64,000 bases of DNA from Salpingoeca rosetta (lineage: Eukaryota > Protista > Choanoflagellata). This document shows positions 1 through 28,828 of this stretch, one piece after another. The DNA lies in the NCBI GenBank assembly GCA_033442325.1, contig JAWQFM010000016.1:61834-125833 (forward strand), written 5' to 3'. Below the pieces are notes generated by a model, which did not search any database, was not told the origin of the DNA, and saw nothing but the letters and a program-made list of their open reading frames with translations. A program made the translations under genes and the position numbers. The first letter of the stretch is position 1, and each line of letters starts with the position of its first letter.

Positions 1-3472
<3,472 letters not shown>

Positions 3473-3915
3473 GGTGGCGGTCTCAACGGCGAACACGTCT
3501 CAAAAACACAAGCAGTTGCGCTACGAGCTTGCTGCTTCCTGCGAATGAAACGGCGAGACACGCAACACAAAGTAAAGCAAGTCGTGGTGGTTGGTGTGTT
3601 GTTCGTGTTGTGTATTGTTGTGTATTGTTGTGTGTTGTTGTGCATGCGTGTGTGTGAGTCAAAGCATGGGTTGAACACTACCACCACCAGCACCAGCAAC
3701 AGCATGCCAGCGACGACAAGAACATCCACGACGACACACCACCACTCTTCCTCCCTCCACGCCCCGTCACCTCACAAACAAAACAACAACAAGCACAAAG
3801 CGTCGCGTCTTCCACACACCAGGCAGGCACGGAAAAGTGATGTAAATGGTTCGTAGATTATCGCGCCACACCGAAAATACCTTTTTGTTGCTTTTGATTC
3901 GATGTTGTTGCAACG

Positions 3916-3963
3916 TTCAAAAGTCGCGCGAACACTTCGCTGACTTCCCGCCATTTTCCCGCC
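3916..3963. promoter_or_regulatory. Candidate E2F/CDE-CHR element in the divergent promoter of dynamin and the F-box/LRR gene
   Basis: The minus strand of 3916-3932 reads TTCGCGC-GACT-TTTGAA (GC-rich element, 4-nt spacer, CHR). TTCCCGCC lies at 3945-3952 and TTTCCCGC at 3955-3962. Confidence 0.4.
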
Positions 3964-4113
3964 AGCAAGCAGCGTCGAACACCAAACACCCGCACACAAA
4001 CACATACACACAGACCCACGTACACACACACAAACACCCACACACACACCCGCACACACACACACGCACATCTCGCCCTCTCCCTTCCGCCACACATACA
4101 CACACAGACAGGA

Positions 4114-6066
4114 ATGACGGGCCCTGGCGCTGGCTTCCAGTGGGAATTGGTGGCCGTGCACCTGGAGCATGATCCGCGATCGCTGTTCAAGCTGATGCAG
4201 ACATGCCACGAGCTGCTGGAGGACATGCCCCTGCGGCTTCCGAAATGGCTGCTGGCGGCCGCGTTCAAGAAGCCCGGCGCCAACAGCGCCTTTGCGCAGC
4301 TCGGCGGCGGTGACTGGGAGAGGCAGCGCTTCCTCGTGCACTCGTGGCTCGGCGCGCTGTGGAGCTCCTCCTGCCCTGCCCTGACCACGGTGGACCCGCT
4401 CAAGGCCCGCACGCACGTGCGGCTGTTCCTGACCAAGGTGCCGCCAAAAGCCAAGCAGTGGACGCAGGTCCCCAAACCAGCCCAGCTCTCCCTGCAGACG
4501 CGCGTGCTGCCGCAAAACTGGGCCGACGTGGAGGCTCTCTTGGCGTCTGTCGTGCAGGGCGGCGGCCAGCTCGGCACGTTGCAGCTCACCATCGCTGGCA
4601 CCTTCGCCGAACTCACCGTCCCCGCATGCGAGAAGCTCCGCCTGTGCATCTCCGGCACGGTCGACGCCCTCACCGTACAGGGCGCAGACGACATCGTGGT
4701 GAACGCCACCGGCAAGAAGCCGGGCTGCGTGAAGGCGTGTACCGTCTCAAACGTGCGCCTGGCCACTGTCGAGCTGCCGCCAACCACCACCAGCCTCTCC
4801 TTCCCCACCGGCGTCACGTCTGTCTTTGTCGAGTGCACTGCGCCAGGCCTTGACATCTCCACGCTGCGCAGCGCCGCCTCCGCAAACCTGAGGCTCTCGC
4901 AGACCACCGACGTGTCCCCGCTGTCCAGCGTGACGGGCTCCCTGGCCCTGCAAGGTGGCGCGCTGCCTGCTGCGACAGAGGTCACCCTCAACGCCCGCCG
5001 CGTTACTTTGCTGAACTGCCCTGCAGTGAAAGGTGCGCTGGTACTCCCCAACGCCACGCACGTTGAGCTGCGCAACCACGCGTGCCGCAGCATCACCTGC
5101 AAGCGGCACCTGAACGTGCTCAGGGTGACATACGACGAATTTCTCTACAACCCACCCCTGCCAGTCGTGGTGCCTGTCCTGCCCAGCGCAGAGAAGGTGC
5201 ACCTGAGCGGGCACCACTTTTGCAACTCGGCCAAGGACATTGCCGCCATCGCCAAGACGTCCACCGACGTGTGCGTGCGCACTTCAGGGGACCCGCGACG
5301 CCTGGCGTCTGCTGCCATTCGCGCCAAGAAGGGCAACCTGCACGTGTTCTACGAAGGCCCCTGGGAGCACTTTGGGGTGGTCAAGGGGCTGGAGGGCTCG
5401 CGGCTGTTCGTGCCCAACTCCAAGGCGCGCGGGCTGCTGAAGATGGCACCGTGGCTGAAGGAGGTGACGGTGACGTGGAGCAGACTCCGATCCATCGACG
5501 TCAGCGCAATGCCGCTGCTGCGCTCGCTCACATGCAAGGGGTCGCCGATGGCCAAGGTGCAGGGGCTGGCCACGCTGCAGCACTTGGAGCGGCTGCACCT
5601 CACGTGCGTGTACCTCGACTCTGACACAATCACGTGCAAGGAGGTCACGCTGAGTGACTGCGCCGGGTCCGCGACGGTCAACGACGCTGACGAGGTGGAC
5701 GTGGTTGAGGGCGAGGGCGTGAGCTTCAAGCTCACAAACGTGAAGCGCCTGCACTACAAGGCGAAGAAGAGCAAGTTCTGTTGGCGTGTGGACATCAAGT
5801 CGGCAACCAACGTGGGCACGGTGGAGTACGAAAGCGTCGTTGACCCGCCCATTGCCAACATGCAGGACGTGCAGCACCTTGTTCTCAAGGGATGCGCGCT
5901 GACCAAGACGGTGGCGGAGATTGCCGCGCAGGTGCAACAGGTCACCCTGCACAAGTGCACCGCCAAGGACGGCGGTGCAGCCATGCCCAATGGCACGTGG
6001 AAGCAGCCACAGCCAACGAACGCCATTGCACCCAGCGTGGCACCAGCCACAGACGTCAAGGCTTGA
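4114..6066 (+). CDS. Intronless 650-aa leucine-rich-repeat-like protein with a possible N-terminal F-box-like motif
   Basis: Long clean ORF with strong GC3 bias. LRR-like segments include LKEVTVTWSRLRSIDVSAMPLLRSLTC and LQHLERLHLTC. The N-terminal WELVAVHLEHDPRSLFKLMQTCHEL resembles an F-box. Confidence 0.75.
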   Translation: MTGPGAGFQWELVAVHLEHDPRSLFKLMQTCHELLEDMPLRLPKWLLAAAFKKPGANSAFAQLGGGDWERQRFLVHSWLGALWSSSCPALTTVDPLKARTHVRLFLTKVPPKAKQWTQVPKPAQLSLQTRVLPQNWADVEALLASVVQGGGQLGTLQLTIAGTFAELTVPACEKLRLCISGTVDALTVQGADDIVVNATGKKPGCVKACTVSNVRLATVELPPTTTSLSFPTGVTSVFVECTAPGLDISTLRSAASANLRLSQTTDVSPLSSVTGSLALQGGALPAATEVTLNARRVTLLNCPAVKGALVLPNATHVELRNHACRSITCKRHLNVLRVTYDEFLYNPPLPVVVPVLPSAEKVHLSGHHFCNSAKDIAAIAKTSTDVCVRTSGDPRRLASAAIRAKKGNLHVFYEGPWEHFGVVKGLEGSRLFVPNSKARGLLKMAPWLKEVTVTWSRLRSIDVSAMPLLRSLTCKGSPMAKVQGLATLQHLERLHLTCVYLDSDTITCKEVTLSDCAGSATVNDADEVDVVEGEGVSFKLTNVKRLHYKAKKSKFCWRVDIKSATNVGTVEYESVVDPPIANMQDVQHLVLKGCALTKTVAEIAAQVQQVTLHKCTAKDGGAAMPNGTWKQPQPTNAIAPSVAPATDVKA

Positions 6067-6091
6067 AACAGTGCTGGTGGACGAGTGTGGA

Positions 6092-6159
6092 GAGGGGAAA
6101 CACTGTGTATGTTTAGGTGTTTTCTGAGGGGAAACACTGTGTATGTTTAGGTGTTTTCT
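6092..6159. repeat. Perfect 34-bp tandem duplication in the 3' region of the LRR gene
   Basis: GAGGGGAAACACTGTGTATGTTTAGGTGTTTTCT occurs twice in tandem. Confidence 0.9.
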
Positions 6160-6539
6160 GGCTGTATGTGGCTTGTGTTGCTGTTGTTCTTTCCGAGTCC
6201 TTGCTCGCCCACTGTTGTTCTTTCTAACTTGCTTCTCACTTCCTGCTGTTCTCTCCCATAAGTGCTCTGCTTTCTTTTTTTTTTTTTTTTCCTTAGCCAA
6301 CCTTCAAAGCGAACTTGTGCGTGTGCGTGTGCGCGTGTGTATGAACACCTGATCGTCAGTCCGTCTCTGGTGTGTTGTCCCAGAAACGCGTTTGAATGAA
6401 CCAATTGCGTTGTTTTACTTGCTCGCCATTACCTACATATGCACAAGCGGAGAGGGAGAACGAGAAACTTCGGGGGAGAAACAAAAGCAGACAGAGGAAG
6501 AGAAGCAGACGCATAGAGAGCGAGAGAGAGAGACAGACA

Positions 6540-6619
<80 letters not shown>

Positions 6620-6732
6620 GGGAGAGAGAGAGACAGAGACATACACACACACTCACACACTCACACACGCACAGATACAAACATACACAACCTGACACAG
6701 CCACAAACTGATACAGACAGACACACACTGCA

Positions 6733-6835
6733 TTAGCGGCTGCTGGGCACGGGGTGCTTGCCGCCAGAGGTAAAGACGGGGTCCTCGGCGTGGGCACGGT
6801 ATACGTGCGGCATCAGTCCTGCACACACAAACACA

Positions 6836-6933
<98 letters not shown>

Positions 6934-6966
6934 AGGGACAGGAAAGGTAAGCACTGGCGCACATGC

Positions 6967-6998
<32 letters not shown>

Positions 6999-8143
6999 AT
7001 GAGACGCCGTGCATGTAATGGGTTTGTGCGTGGTAGTCAGGTGCGGAGGAATGCAGGCAAGGGGCCTGACCAAAGTGCCGGCTGCGCTTGATGGCCTTTG
7101 CGATCTTGCGTTGTGCTTTGCTACAGAGACCTGTGGATGGGGTAAACACAAGTTGGCGGCACACGTGAGGTGCGTGATGAAAGAGGCAGGAAGCAGGAGG
7201 GTAACATTGCAAGCGAAGGAACAAACACATGCATGACAAACACGCGCGAGAAGAACGAGCACGTGCACGCACCTGTGGATGACCGTCGGAGGATTTGTCC
7301 CGTCTGTGGAGACACAAACTGTGACAGGAAGCGAACATTCTGCACGCACAAGTACATTACACGTGTGTAAGCTCGAGGAACATCAAGTGTAGCGGCGGTT
7401 GCGTAGTCTCATTGCGTGGCCACTCATAAAGAATGCTCACACACGCATGCACATACACACACATGCGCACATACATCTTCACCATAGCTCAACACACATG
7501 TGCGCACACGCGCACACACAAGCGCACGCACACACACACGCACCTTGTAGTCAATCTCCTCCTTGTAAGGGCAAGCGGGGCACCCCTGTGTCACCTCGCG
7601 CGCCGTTTCTGGAAGGTCGTGGCCACGAGCACCCCTGTTTGGCGTCGCCTCCATCACGGGCGCCCCTGTCGCAGGTGGATGTCGCATGCGGATGGATATG
7701 CGTGGGTATCCCGGGTCAACGACCGTGCTTGCCGTCTGCTCACTCCTTCACACGCAACATACAGGCTCACAAGAATGCAAACGCACACACACACACACAC
7801 AGGCTCACAAGAATGCAAACACACACACATGCAAACACACACAGAGGATCACACACGCACACACACACACACACAGGCTCACACTCACACACACACACAT
7901 GCAAACACACCACACACACACACACATGCAAACGCACACACACACATGCAAACGCTCACATAAACGGACAGTCGTGGTACCTGTGTGAAGAGGTCTTTGG
8001 AATGTGTTGGATGTGCGAGACAAGGCAGCGAGTACACTGGGTGCTGGGCGAGCCAACGCAGCCGTTGCCGACGCCGCTGTGCCAGCTACAGCACCACGGC
8101 CAACCATCGCTCGCCTCACAAGCTGCACACACGAGGGCAACAT
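6733..8143 (-). CDS. MRPS18: Mitochondrial ribosomal protein S18 (multi-exon)
   Basis: Spliced reading: GCPACPYKEEIDYK|NVRFLSQFVSPQTGQILRRSST|GLCSKAQRKIAKAIKRSRHFG|LMPHVY. An Arg/Ala-rich presequence-like N-terminus (MLPSCVQLVRRAMVGRG) starts at 8143. Confidence 0.9.
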
Positions 8144-8249
8144 CGCCGTTCTTGTGCTCGTTCTTCTTGGGTGTGGATGAAGAGAATTGATGAATGATTT
8201 CACACAACATTCTAGCCAAACAACAACAGCGAAGCACGGGCGAAGCGAC

Positions 8250-8554
8250 ATGGCGGAAACACAAACAGTGAACGTGGGTGCGGGCTGGAGCGAGGGCTCA
8301 CTCTGCAGGTTGGTGGTGTGCTTAAAAGCTTGAAGAGGGCTTGTACGACAGCTGTGTCGATTATACGCATATGCTCACGTTTTGGTGCAACGATTGTGCT
8401 TTGTTGTTGCAGCGGCCCTGGCATGATTGTGGATGGCATTCTCAAATCCAAACGCAGATTCGTCGTTGTGGACGGCGACAACCAACGGGTGTGTGTGTGT
8501 GTACGCGCTCGTGTGTGTGTGTGTGTGCGTGTACGCGCTCGTGTGTGTGTGTGT

Positions 8555-8631
<77 letters not shown>

Positions 8632-9175
8632 CGTGTGTCAACCCGCGTGTGTGTTCTGTTTCCTTCACCTCCGTTTCTCTCTCTCTGCTTCCCTGTCGCA
8701 TTCTGCCTCTCTTTTCACACACACACCACACCCACCACACAGCACAGGTACATGCGCTTGGACTTTGAGGTGCAAGGGGCGCTGGAACGCCAGTTTGAGG
8801 GCGGCGTGGAAGTAGAAGCGCTCTCCCATGTCACCACCAGAGTCCGCACAGGCCACCTCAACTCATCGTATGTGGTGCGTTTCTCACAGCACAGCTACAG
8901 CTCCTTGTTCCTCTCACCCCTCTCCTCTCTGCACACATTGGCCACAAGCATGGTTTGCCTTCTCCTCATTCTTCTGGCACCTCCTCTGTCTCCGCTGCTG
9001 CCACTGCAGTCGAAGACGGAGCGGTCGGACCGGGTGTCACAGGACGATGCCAAGAAGCGCATCAGCGCGAGCCAGGCCGCCATGAAGGTGGAGGCAACAC
9101 GCTTTGCTGACGGCACCGCCTTTCTCGTCCCAGAACGCGTCATCTCCGGCAGTGATCTCCACGTGGTCTGTGCAA

Positions 9176-9206
<31 letters not shown>

Positions 9207-9866
9207 AATTTGTGTGTTTTTGTGTGTTTTTGTGTGTTTTTGTGTGTGTGTGTGTTTGTTTGTGTTTGCGATTTGTATGTGCGTCCGCGAGTAAGAGATA
9301 GAGAGAACGAGAGAGAGAGAGAGAGAGTGTGTGTGTGTATAATTGCGTTGTCTGCGCCTGTTCAGCGTCAGTGCCAGGTCCGTAGTCTTGCCGCTGCCAC
9401 ACTCATGTTGACTCCAACTCATCTCAATGCTGGCAATCCTCAGGGGGATCACTTCCGCTTCCGCACACATGGCGATTCCTGTTTCATTGGTTAGTCCAGA
9501 TATCAATTGCACACACGCACACACGCACACTGTATGTGCATGTCGTCCGCTGTGCAGCATTTTTCCGAACCTCCCAACCCCTCTCCTTCTCCACACACCC
9601 CCCCTCCCCTCCCTCAACCTCACACAATCCCCTTGTTGTCCTGACCACCGCTGCCCGCGCGCGTGCGCATGTGTGCAGAGTCGCTCGGCGTGGTGGACCG
9701 GCTGACAAAGGCGGTGACCAACTTCTCTGGCACGAGCGGCGAGGCAGATGTTGGCGACACGTGGGCAGGCAAGATCATGGCAAACAAGGCAACCAAGGAG
9801 TACATTCCTGGTGATGACTTGGAGGGCGTGGACTCGGACGAGTGGGACGACGACGACGACGACTGA
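8250..9866 (+). CDS. ARPIN: Arpin (Arp2/3 complex inhibitor) homolog, 6 exons
   Basis: Spliced reading: MAETQTVNVGAGWSEGSLCSGPGMIVDGILK..TRVRTGHLNSSY..AFLVPE..GDHFRFRTHGDSCFIESL..GDTWAGKIMANK..GVDSDEWDDDDDD. It matches recalled Arpin blocks (TRKVNTGFLMSSY, VRLKTRGDGPFLDSL, ASWTDNIMAQK) and the acidic-Trp tail EDEEWDD. Confidence 0.85.
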
Positions 9867-10134
9867 GATGTGTGTGTGTGTGTTTGTTTGTTTGTTTGTG
9901 TTTCTGCTCGTTTGTCCTGTTTGTATGCTCGTTTGTCCTGTTGACTGACTGATTGTCTTAGCTGAACGTATGTTTACAATGTAAAGAAGCAAGCAAAACA
10001 GCAAGTCCTCTCCTGCTCTCTTCCTTGCGCTGTCCCCCCCCCCCAGCCAACAGCCCCGCTTAGCCAACCAGCCCACCACCCCTCTATCCGCCAACCAAAT
10101 CAACCACCACCAATGACAACCACCACCGCCACCG

Positions 10135-12181
10135 CTACTCTGTGCCGGTGATGGCGTTGAGTTGATCGAGAAGCCGCGAGCACTTGTCCTTGAGGACGCC
10201 CACGGCCTCACACACCAGCACGTCCGGCTCAAGCGCGCCCGTCGACTCAACTTGGACTGCACACGCACAGGGGATTGGGGGGGGTGTTGGTGTTGGTGTT
10301 GGTGAGGTGTTCATGGAGAGTGGGGAGGAGCAAAGCGAATGAGCAACGCAGGTGCAGAACAGACGTGCATACACAAAATCGCCAGAGCGAAATCGCACCT
10401 CCACAGCACACACACACACACAGACACACACACCCCCCCCCCCGACAGCATAGGACGTACAGATGAAGTGGTTGCGCCTGCGTGTGGTGTGGACGAGCGG
10501 TGCGAGGTCGTCGTGGCGCAGATGCTCCCTGCTCATCATGTCCGCACGGCTGTTCACAACCTCTGCCTCACCGTCACGCACCTCAATCACACCTGACACA
10601 CACGCACGGCGCGCACGTGGGACAAGGCGGACGGAGAGACAAAACAGACAGGCACAAACATGAGACAATGCAAATGGGATGGGATGTGTGTGTTGTGTCC
10701 ATCATCCACATTGTCATGGTGACGTATAAGCTGCACAATGACAAAAGGCATCACTGACACCACTCTTTAACATGTCACCACCACCACTGTACCGTCTGTG
10801 AAGCACTGTTGGAGGCGGTATGCCAGGTCTCCTGTGACGCGCTGCTTGAGGACAATGTGCGGAGCGTTGCGATACGACGCGGTGGCCACGGGGGACCACT
10901 TGGCGTGCAGCTTTCCAACGCCCTTTGAGCAGTGCAGCTCCATGGACACGCGCTGGCCCGGGCGCAGCTCAACAATGGGGATGTCCTCGTGTACGGGGCA
11001 GATGGCCGTCTTGAACTGAACGCGGGCATGGTGAAGGATACGAGTGAGGGATGTATGGGTGTGTGGGTGAGGTGGGGAGAGACGGAGGATGATGTGTGAG
11101 TGAATGGAGGGGAGGGGTGCACGTGCGGATGTGTCGATGGTGTCAATGTGTGGATGTGTGGATAAAATGAGCACACGTACGTGCACACACAACCCACGCA
11201 CAAACAACGCACAGCCAACGCACAGTCAACGCACGATCAGCAACGCACAACCAACGGTCATCTCACCCGGTCTTTCTGGTTCCCTTTGGGCTGCCACTTG
11301 ATATCACTGGACATGACTGTTGCCAAACCAGACAGACCAGACAAGATAGTGTGAGTGAGCTGACGCACCCCACATCAGCAACTCCACCAGCAGCAACAAG
11401 CAATCTACCAAGCAGTACCCACAAGCAGGACTGCGAATCATATCACGCATTCGCTCACATTCGCTCACACACACACGCACCCATGTGGTTGATGTATTTC
11501 TTGTTCTTGTCGGTTTCGCCGGCCTTGGCACCCTCGCGGTGCTTGCACTCCACATCCAGGTCAAACACGAGTGTATTCAAGTCGTTCATCTCGTTGTCTG
11601 TGGGTGGGAAGAACCATGCTTCGTGAATAGCAACACTGAGGCGTGTGTCTACTGTACGTGTGTACACTCTACACGCGCGCACAAACACAAACACACACAC
11701 ATGCACAAACACAAATACACAAATACACACACACATGCACACACACATGCACACACACACAAACACAAATACACGCACATGCACACACACACACAAATAC
11801 ACACACGCACATGCACACGCACACACATGCAAACTCACTGTCTTCCTCGAGGGTCCTGAAGCGACGGGCATCCACGGCAAGCGGGATGAGCCCAATGCGG
11901 TGCGCCAGCATCTCATCGGGCAAGACGCTGCTGTTGTGATAGATGTAAGCCTGCTCAATGGCCATGGTCGGCACTTCGCTGATGAGGATGCGCCGCACAG
12001 CGTTGGCGATGGCGGCATCCACACCAATCATGTCAAACTCCATGTCCATGCCGTCAATGGCCTGCATTTCAATCTTGAACTTCTCCTTGAAGGCCTGGAA
12101 GTCGTATGCGTCTTGCGCGTCCGGGTTGCTCGGATGAAGCACATGGTCCCGCGCCATCTCAACGTGCGTTCGTGGATCCAT
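10135..12181 (-). CDS. POLR1C: RNA polymerase I/III subunit RPC40/RPAC1 (multi-exon)
   Basis: Spliced reading: MEFDMIGVDAAIANAVRRILISEVPTMAIE..DEMLAHRIGLIPL; PVHEDIPIVELRPGQ..KGVGKLHAKWSPVATASYR; RRRNHFI; VESTGALEPDVLVCEAVGVLKDKC. Confidence 0.95.
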
Positions 12182-12188
12182 GCCTGGC

Positions 12189-12308
<120 letters not shown>

Positions 12309-12762
12309 TGTGTGTCTGTGTGTGCTTTGTGCTGCGCATGTGCTTCGTGTTTGGTGTGAAATGGCAAAAGCGAATTTGCCAACAACAGCAGCACAAAGGT
12401 GGGCAAAAAACTGGCACAACAACAACAGCAGTTCCGCAGGTTTGTGTGATGTGCTTGTTGTGCCTGCGGTTGTCTGCGGTTGTCTGTGCTCGTTGATAAT
12501 GATGATGATGGCGGCGGCCCTGTGCTGCCTTCATCCAACCTGCTCGATGCCACATCACTGCATTTGAGCTGAGCGTGGGCTGGACACCAGGATACCATCA
12601 TTATAAAGCTTTGCAGTGTGGTGTGCTTGCGCGTATGCCTTGACTCCCTCACTGACTCATTATCTTCTTGTGTGTCTGCTCAACGCCCACAGCAGTATCA
12701 CCACCAACAGCAGTGTCGCAGTACACAGACCACCATCAGCCGAGCCGGGAACACGCCGAACC

Positions 12763-25256
<12,494 letters not shown>

Positions 25257-25410
25257 TGACGACAATGTACACAACCAGCCTCGTCATGCTTTCTCTCTTT
25301 CGCTCCCTTCTTTTTCTTCCTTCTTCCTCCTCTTTCTCCCTTGTCTTGCCTTGCCTTGCCTTGCCTTGCCTTGCCTTGCCTTGCCTTCATACTGCGTGTG
25401 GGTTGCCCTG

Positions 25411-25446
<36 letters not shown>

Positions 25447-25564
25447 GTGCGTGTGTCTTGGTTTAGGTGGTGCCGTTTCACATCTTTGCGCTGGTTCGTC
25501 GGCTGTTCTTTTCATTTATGAAGAAGCTTGGTTCATTGCGTTGTTGCACAGGCCAACACAGGCC

Positions 25565-25780
<216 letters not shown>

Positions 25781-26095
25781 GCGCACTTGCATAACAGAAT
25801 TTTATTTTTGGAATTCGGTGTGTAATTAGTGACGAGTGCGCACTTGGCACAACACCAAAATTTCCTGGTGTTTTCCCTAAAATTTACACCATGGTGGATA
25901 CGTCAAATGCCACACAAAACAAAAAAACTGAACAAGCCACAAGCCAGCCAACCAGCCAACCACGAGTTGAGCTGGCGCTTTCTTGATGTCTTGTTGTGCC
26001 TTTTTCCACCGCGTGCATTTCTCTGCCACACACCTGTTGCTCCACCGCCTTCTCCTCCCTCCTCTCTTCTTCTTCTTCTTCTTCCAAACGCCAAG

Positions 26096-26814
26096 ATGGG
26101 TGACGGTGAATCTGGTGCCTCCAAGACCACCCCTATCCAGTGCTCTGCCCTCCGCAAGGGCGGTCACGTCATGATCAAGGGCCACCCCTGCAAGATCGTG
26201 GACATGTCCACCTCCAAGGTGCGTTTGTGTTGTTGGGTGTTGTTGGGTGTTGTGTGTGTGTGACGCGGTCATGCCTGACATGTGTTGTGTGAGCACGTGG
26301 GCACGTGGTGGTTTGGTTTTGGGATGAGGGAGAGTGGTGTTCTTTGAGGCAGGTGCTCGCTGAAGCTGCTCATGGGTTGCCTTGCCTTGCTCGCTGTTTC
26401 TTTGCTTTCCTTGCTCACTCACTCAATTACTCGTTGCTTCGTTTCGGCTGCACCTTCTTCCCTGCTTCACACACACACACACAGACTGGCAAGCACGGTC
26501 ACGCCAAGGTCAACATGACTGGCGTGGACATCTTCACCGGCAAGAAGCACGAGGATATGTGCCCCTCCACCCACAACATGAACGTGCCCGTGATCAAGCG
26601 CACTGACTGGCAGCTCATCGACATTGATGGCGAGTTCCTTACCCTCATGGACGAGAACGGCGAGACCCGCGAGGACCTGAAGAAGAGCGACGTTGACGAG
26701 GAGGTGCTCAAGGACATTGAGCGCCGCATGGAGGAAGAGGAGGACATGCTCGTCACCGTCCTCGCCGCCCTGGACCAGGAGAAGGTCGTTGGCGTCAAGA
26801 CCTACAACGTCTAA
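26096..26814 (+). CDS. EIF5A: Translation factor eIF5A, 2 exons
   Basis: [27 protein letters not shown]|TGKHGHAKV contains the hypusine motif [12 protein letters not shown]. Confidence 0.98.
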
Positions 26815-27537
26815 GCAGCTTGCTCGTCCCGCCCTTCAATGGGTGCACTTGCTTGCTTGCTCTCGTTGTTTGTTTGTTGCCGCTCTTTCTTCTTCCCAGC
26901 TCAATCCTCCCCTTCCCCAATGTCTGTCCTCGTTTTGATTGATGGTGTGTTGTGCGTGCATGCAACAACAAGCGAACGCTCTGTACGTGTTGGCTTGTTG
27001 TGTGTCTTGTGGGTGCACATGCCTTCTTTCTTTCTTGGCCGTGGTCTTGTGTGTTCCTCTCCTCCTCTCTGTTTCAGCTAGATCGAGTGGGAAGTGCCGC
27101 CGCTCTTCATTGAGTGGCCACTCTCTGCTTTGTGCGGGTGTGCCTCTCTCCCCTCCAATGTCCTTTTTTTTTTTTTCCACCCGTGTCATGGTGATGTTCA
27201 CTTGACATGCTGGGCGTAAGGGGGAAGGCCATCCAAACGTGCCTTCATCCTCCCTGTTTAATTTTCCCTCTTCTTTCCCCCTTGTCTCCTCCTCCCCTTT
27301 TGCGTCGCCCTGCATGACTGTCTGTGGCGTGGCGGTGGTGGCCGTGGCAGCACGGGCAGCTTGCCTGCCGCCCACTTGCCTGTCTTGAAAGCGGTGTTGG
27401 GTCCATAATGAACGTGTGATGGCGAAACTGCAGCTGTGGAACACAAGACATCAAGTTGGGGGGAGAAGAAGGGATGGTCAGTTTTTCACACCACACACAC
27501 AGAAGACGCAGTGTAACATAAGAGACGAGCCACAGTC

Positions 27538-27835
27538 ATGGATGCAGGTTCAGCTCGCAGGCACGGCCGCACGCTCCACGCTGAGAAGGTCACCAATCGC
27601 TTGCCTGTGTGCGGGGGTGTGCCTGTGGGTGCAGCAGGCAGTGCTCACACGTTGTTTGTGTGTCGCTGTGTGGATGTGCAGTCGAAGAGGAGGCAGGACA
27701 AGGCGCCGTCGCAGACTGATTTGATTGTACATGAAGGTGTGTGTGTGTGTGTGCGTTCGTGTGTGCGTTCGTGTGTGTCTGTGTCTGTGTGTGTCTGTGT
27801 GTGTCTGTGTGTGTCTGTGTTGTGTGTCCGTGCGT

Positions 27836-27919
<84 letters not shown>

Positions 27920-28095
27920 CTGTGTCTGTTGTTCGTACGGACGGTCATGCCACGGGGTGTCGATGTCCTTGCATCTGTGCCCCTGCTCCCTGTTGCAATG
28001 CATACCTCACAGTGTGAGCCATCTCCTCCCCTCCCCCACCACCAGGCTTCTACAACGCCTTTCCTGACGACTTTGATGACGATGACCTGAACTGA
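27538..28095 (+). CDS. COPS9: COP9 signalosome subunit 9 (CSNAP/MYEOV2)-like 51-aa microprotein; exons 27538-27588, 27682-27736, 28046-28095
   Basis: Spliced reading: [51 protein letters not shown]. The tail resembles the recalled COPS9 tail VHADFFNDFEDLFDDDDIQ. Confidence 0.7.
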
Positions 28096-28828
28096 TACGG
28101 ACAATATGGCTCACCCATTCCGCTGCGTATCTTGTCGACTGTAATGGAACCCTTATTTGCATGCGCGTGTGTGTGTGTGTCTGTGCCTGTGTCTGTGTCT
28201 GTGTCTGTGTCTGTGTGTCTGTGTCTGTGTGTCTGTGTGTCTATGTGTGTCTGTGTGTCTATGTGTGTCTGTGTCTGTGTGTCTGTGTCTGTGTGTCTGT
28301 GTGTGTGTGTGTGCGCGTATGTGTGCCTGTGTGTGTGTCTGTGTCTGTGTCTGTGTGTCTGTGTCTGTGTGTCTGTCCATCTGTCTGTCTGTCTGTACCT
28401 ACTCGTCCGCCTGCCTCGTAACTTGATCTCCATCCTGTCAGTCTCGCTCCCTCCCCCCCCCCCCCCATTTGCCTTCCCCGTCCCTCCTCTACTCCCATCC
28501 CTCCTTCGCACACATCCACACGCCCGCTAACTCTTGTCACACCATTAAAGACCTGCCTCACATCTCATGCAATTCTTGGGGAGCTTTAGTGTCATATCCA
28601 CAAGTCCATATGGGCGCAAAACACACCGGGCGTACACTCAGAGAACCAGACAAAGGGAGGATACAAAAAGAGAGAGGGGGGGGATTGGAAGATCTAACGA
28701 CTGGTTGTGGTAGGGGGCGACGAGGGCTGTGTGTGGTGGTGTTTCGGGGTTGTTGGGACGCGTGCACACGAAGGGGTTCACGTGTCATCTCCGGGGTTGG
28801 GGGGAGGGGGAACCGCAGCATTGAGGGT

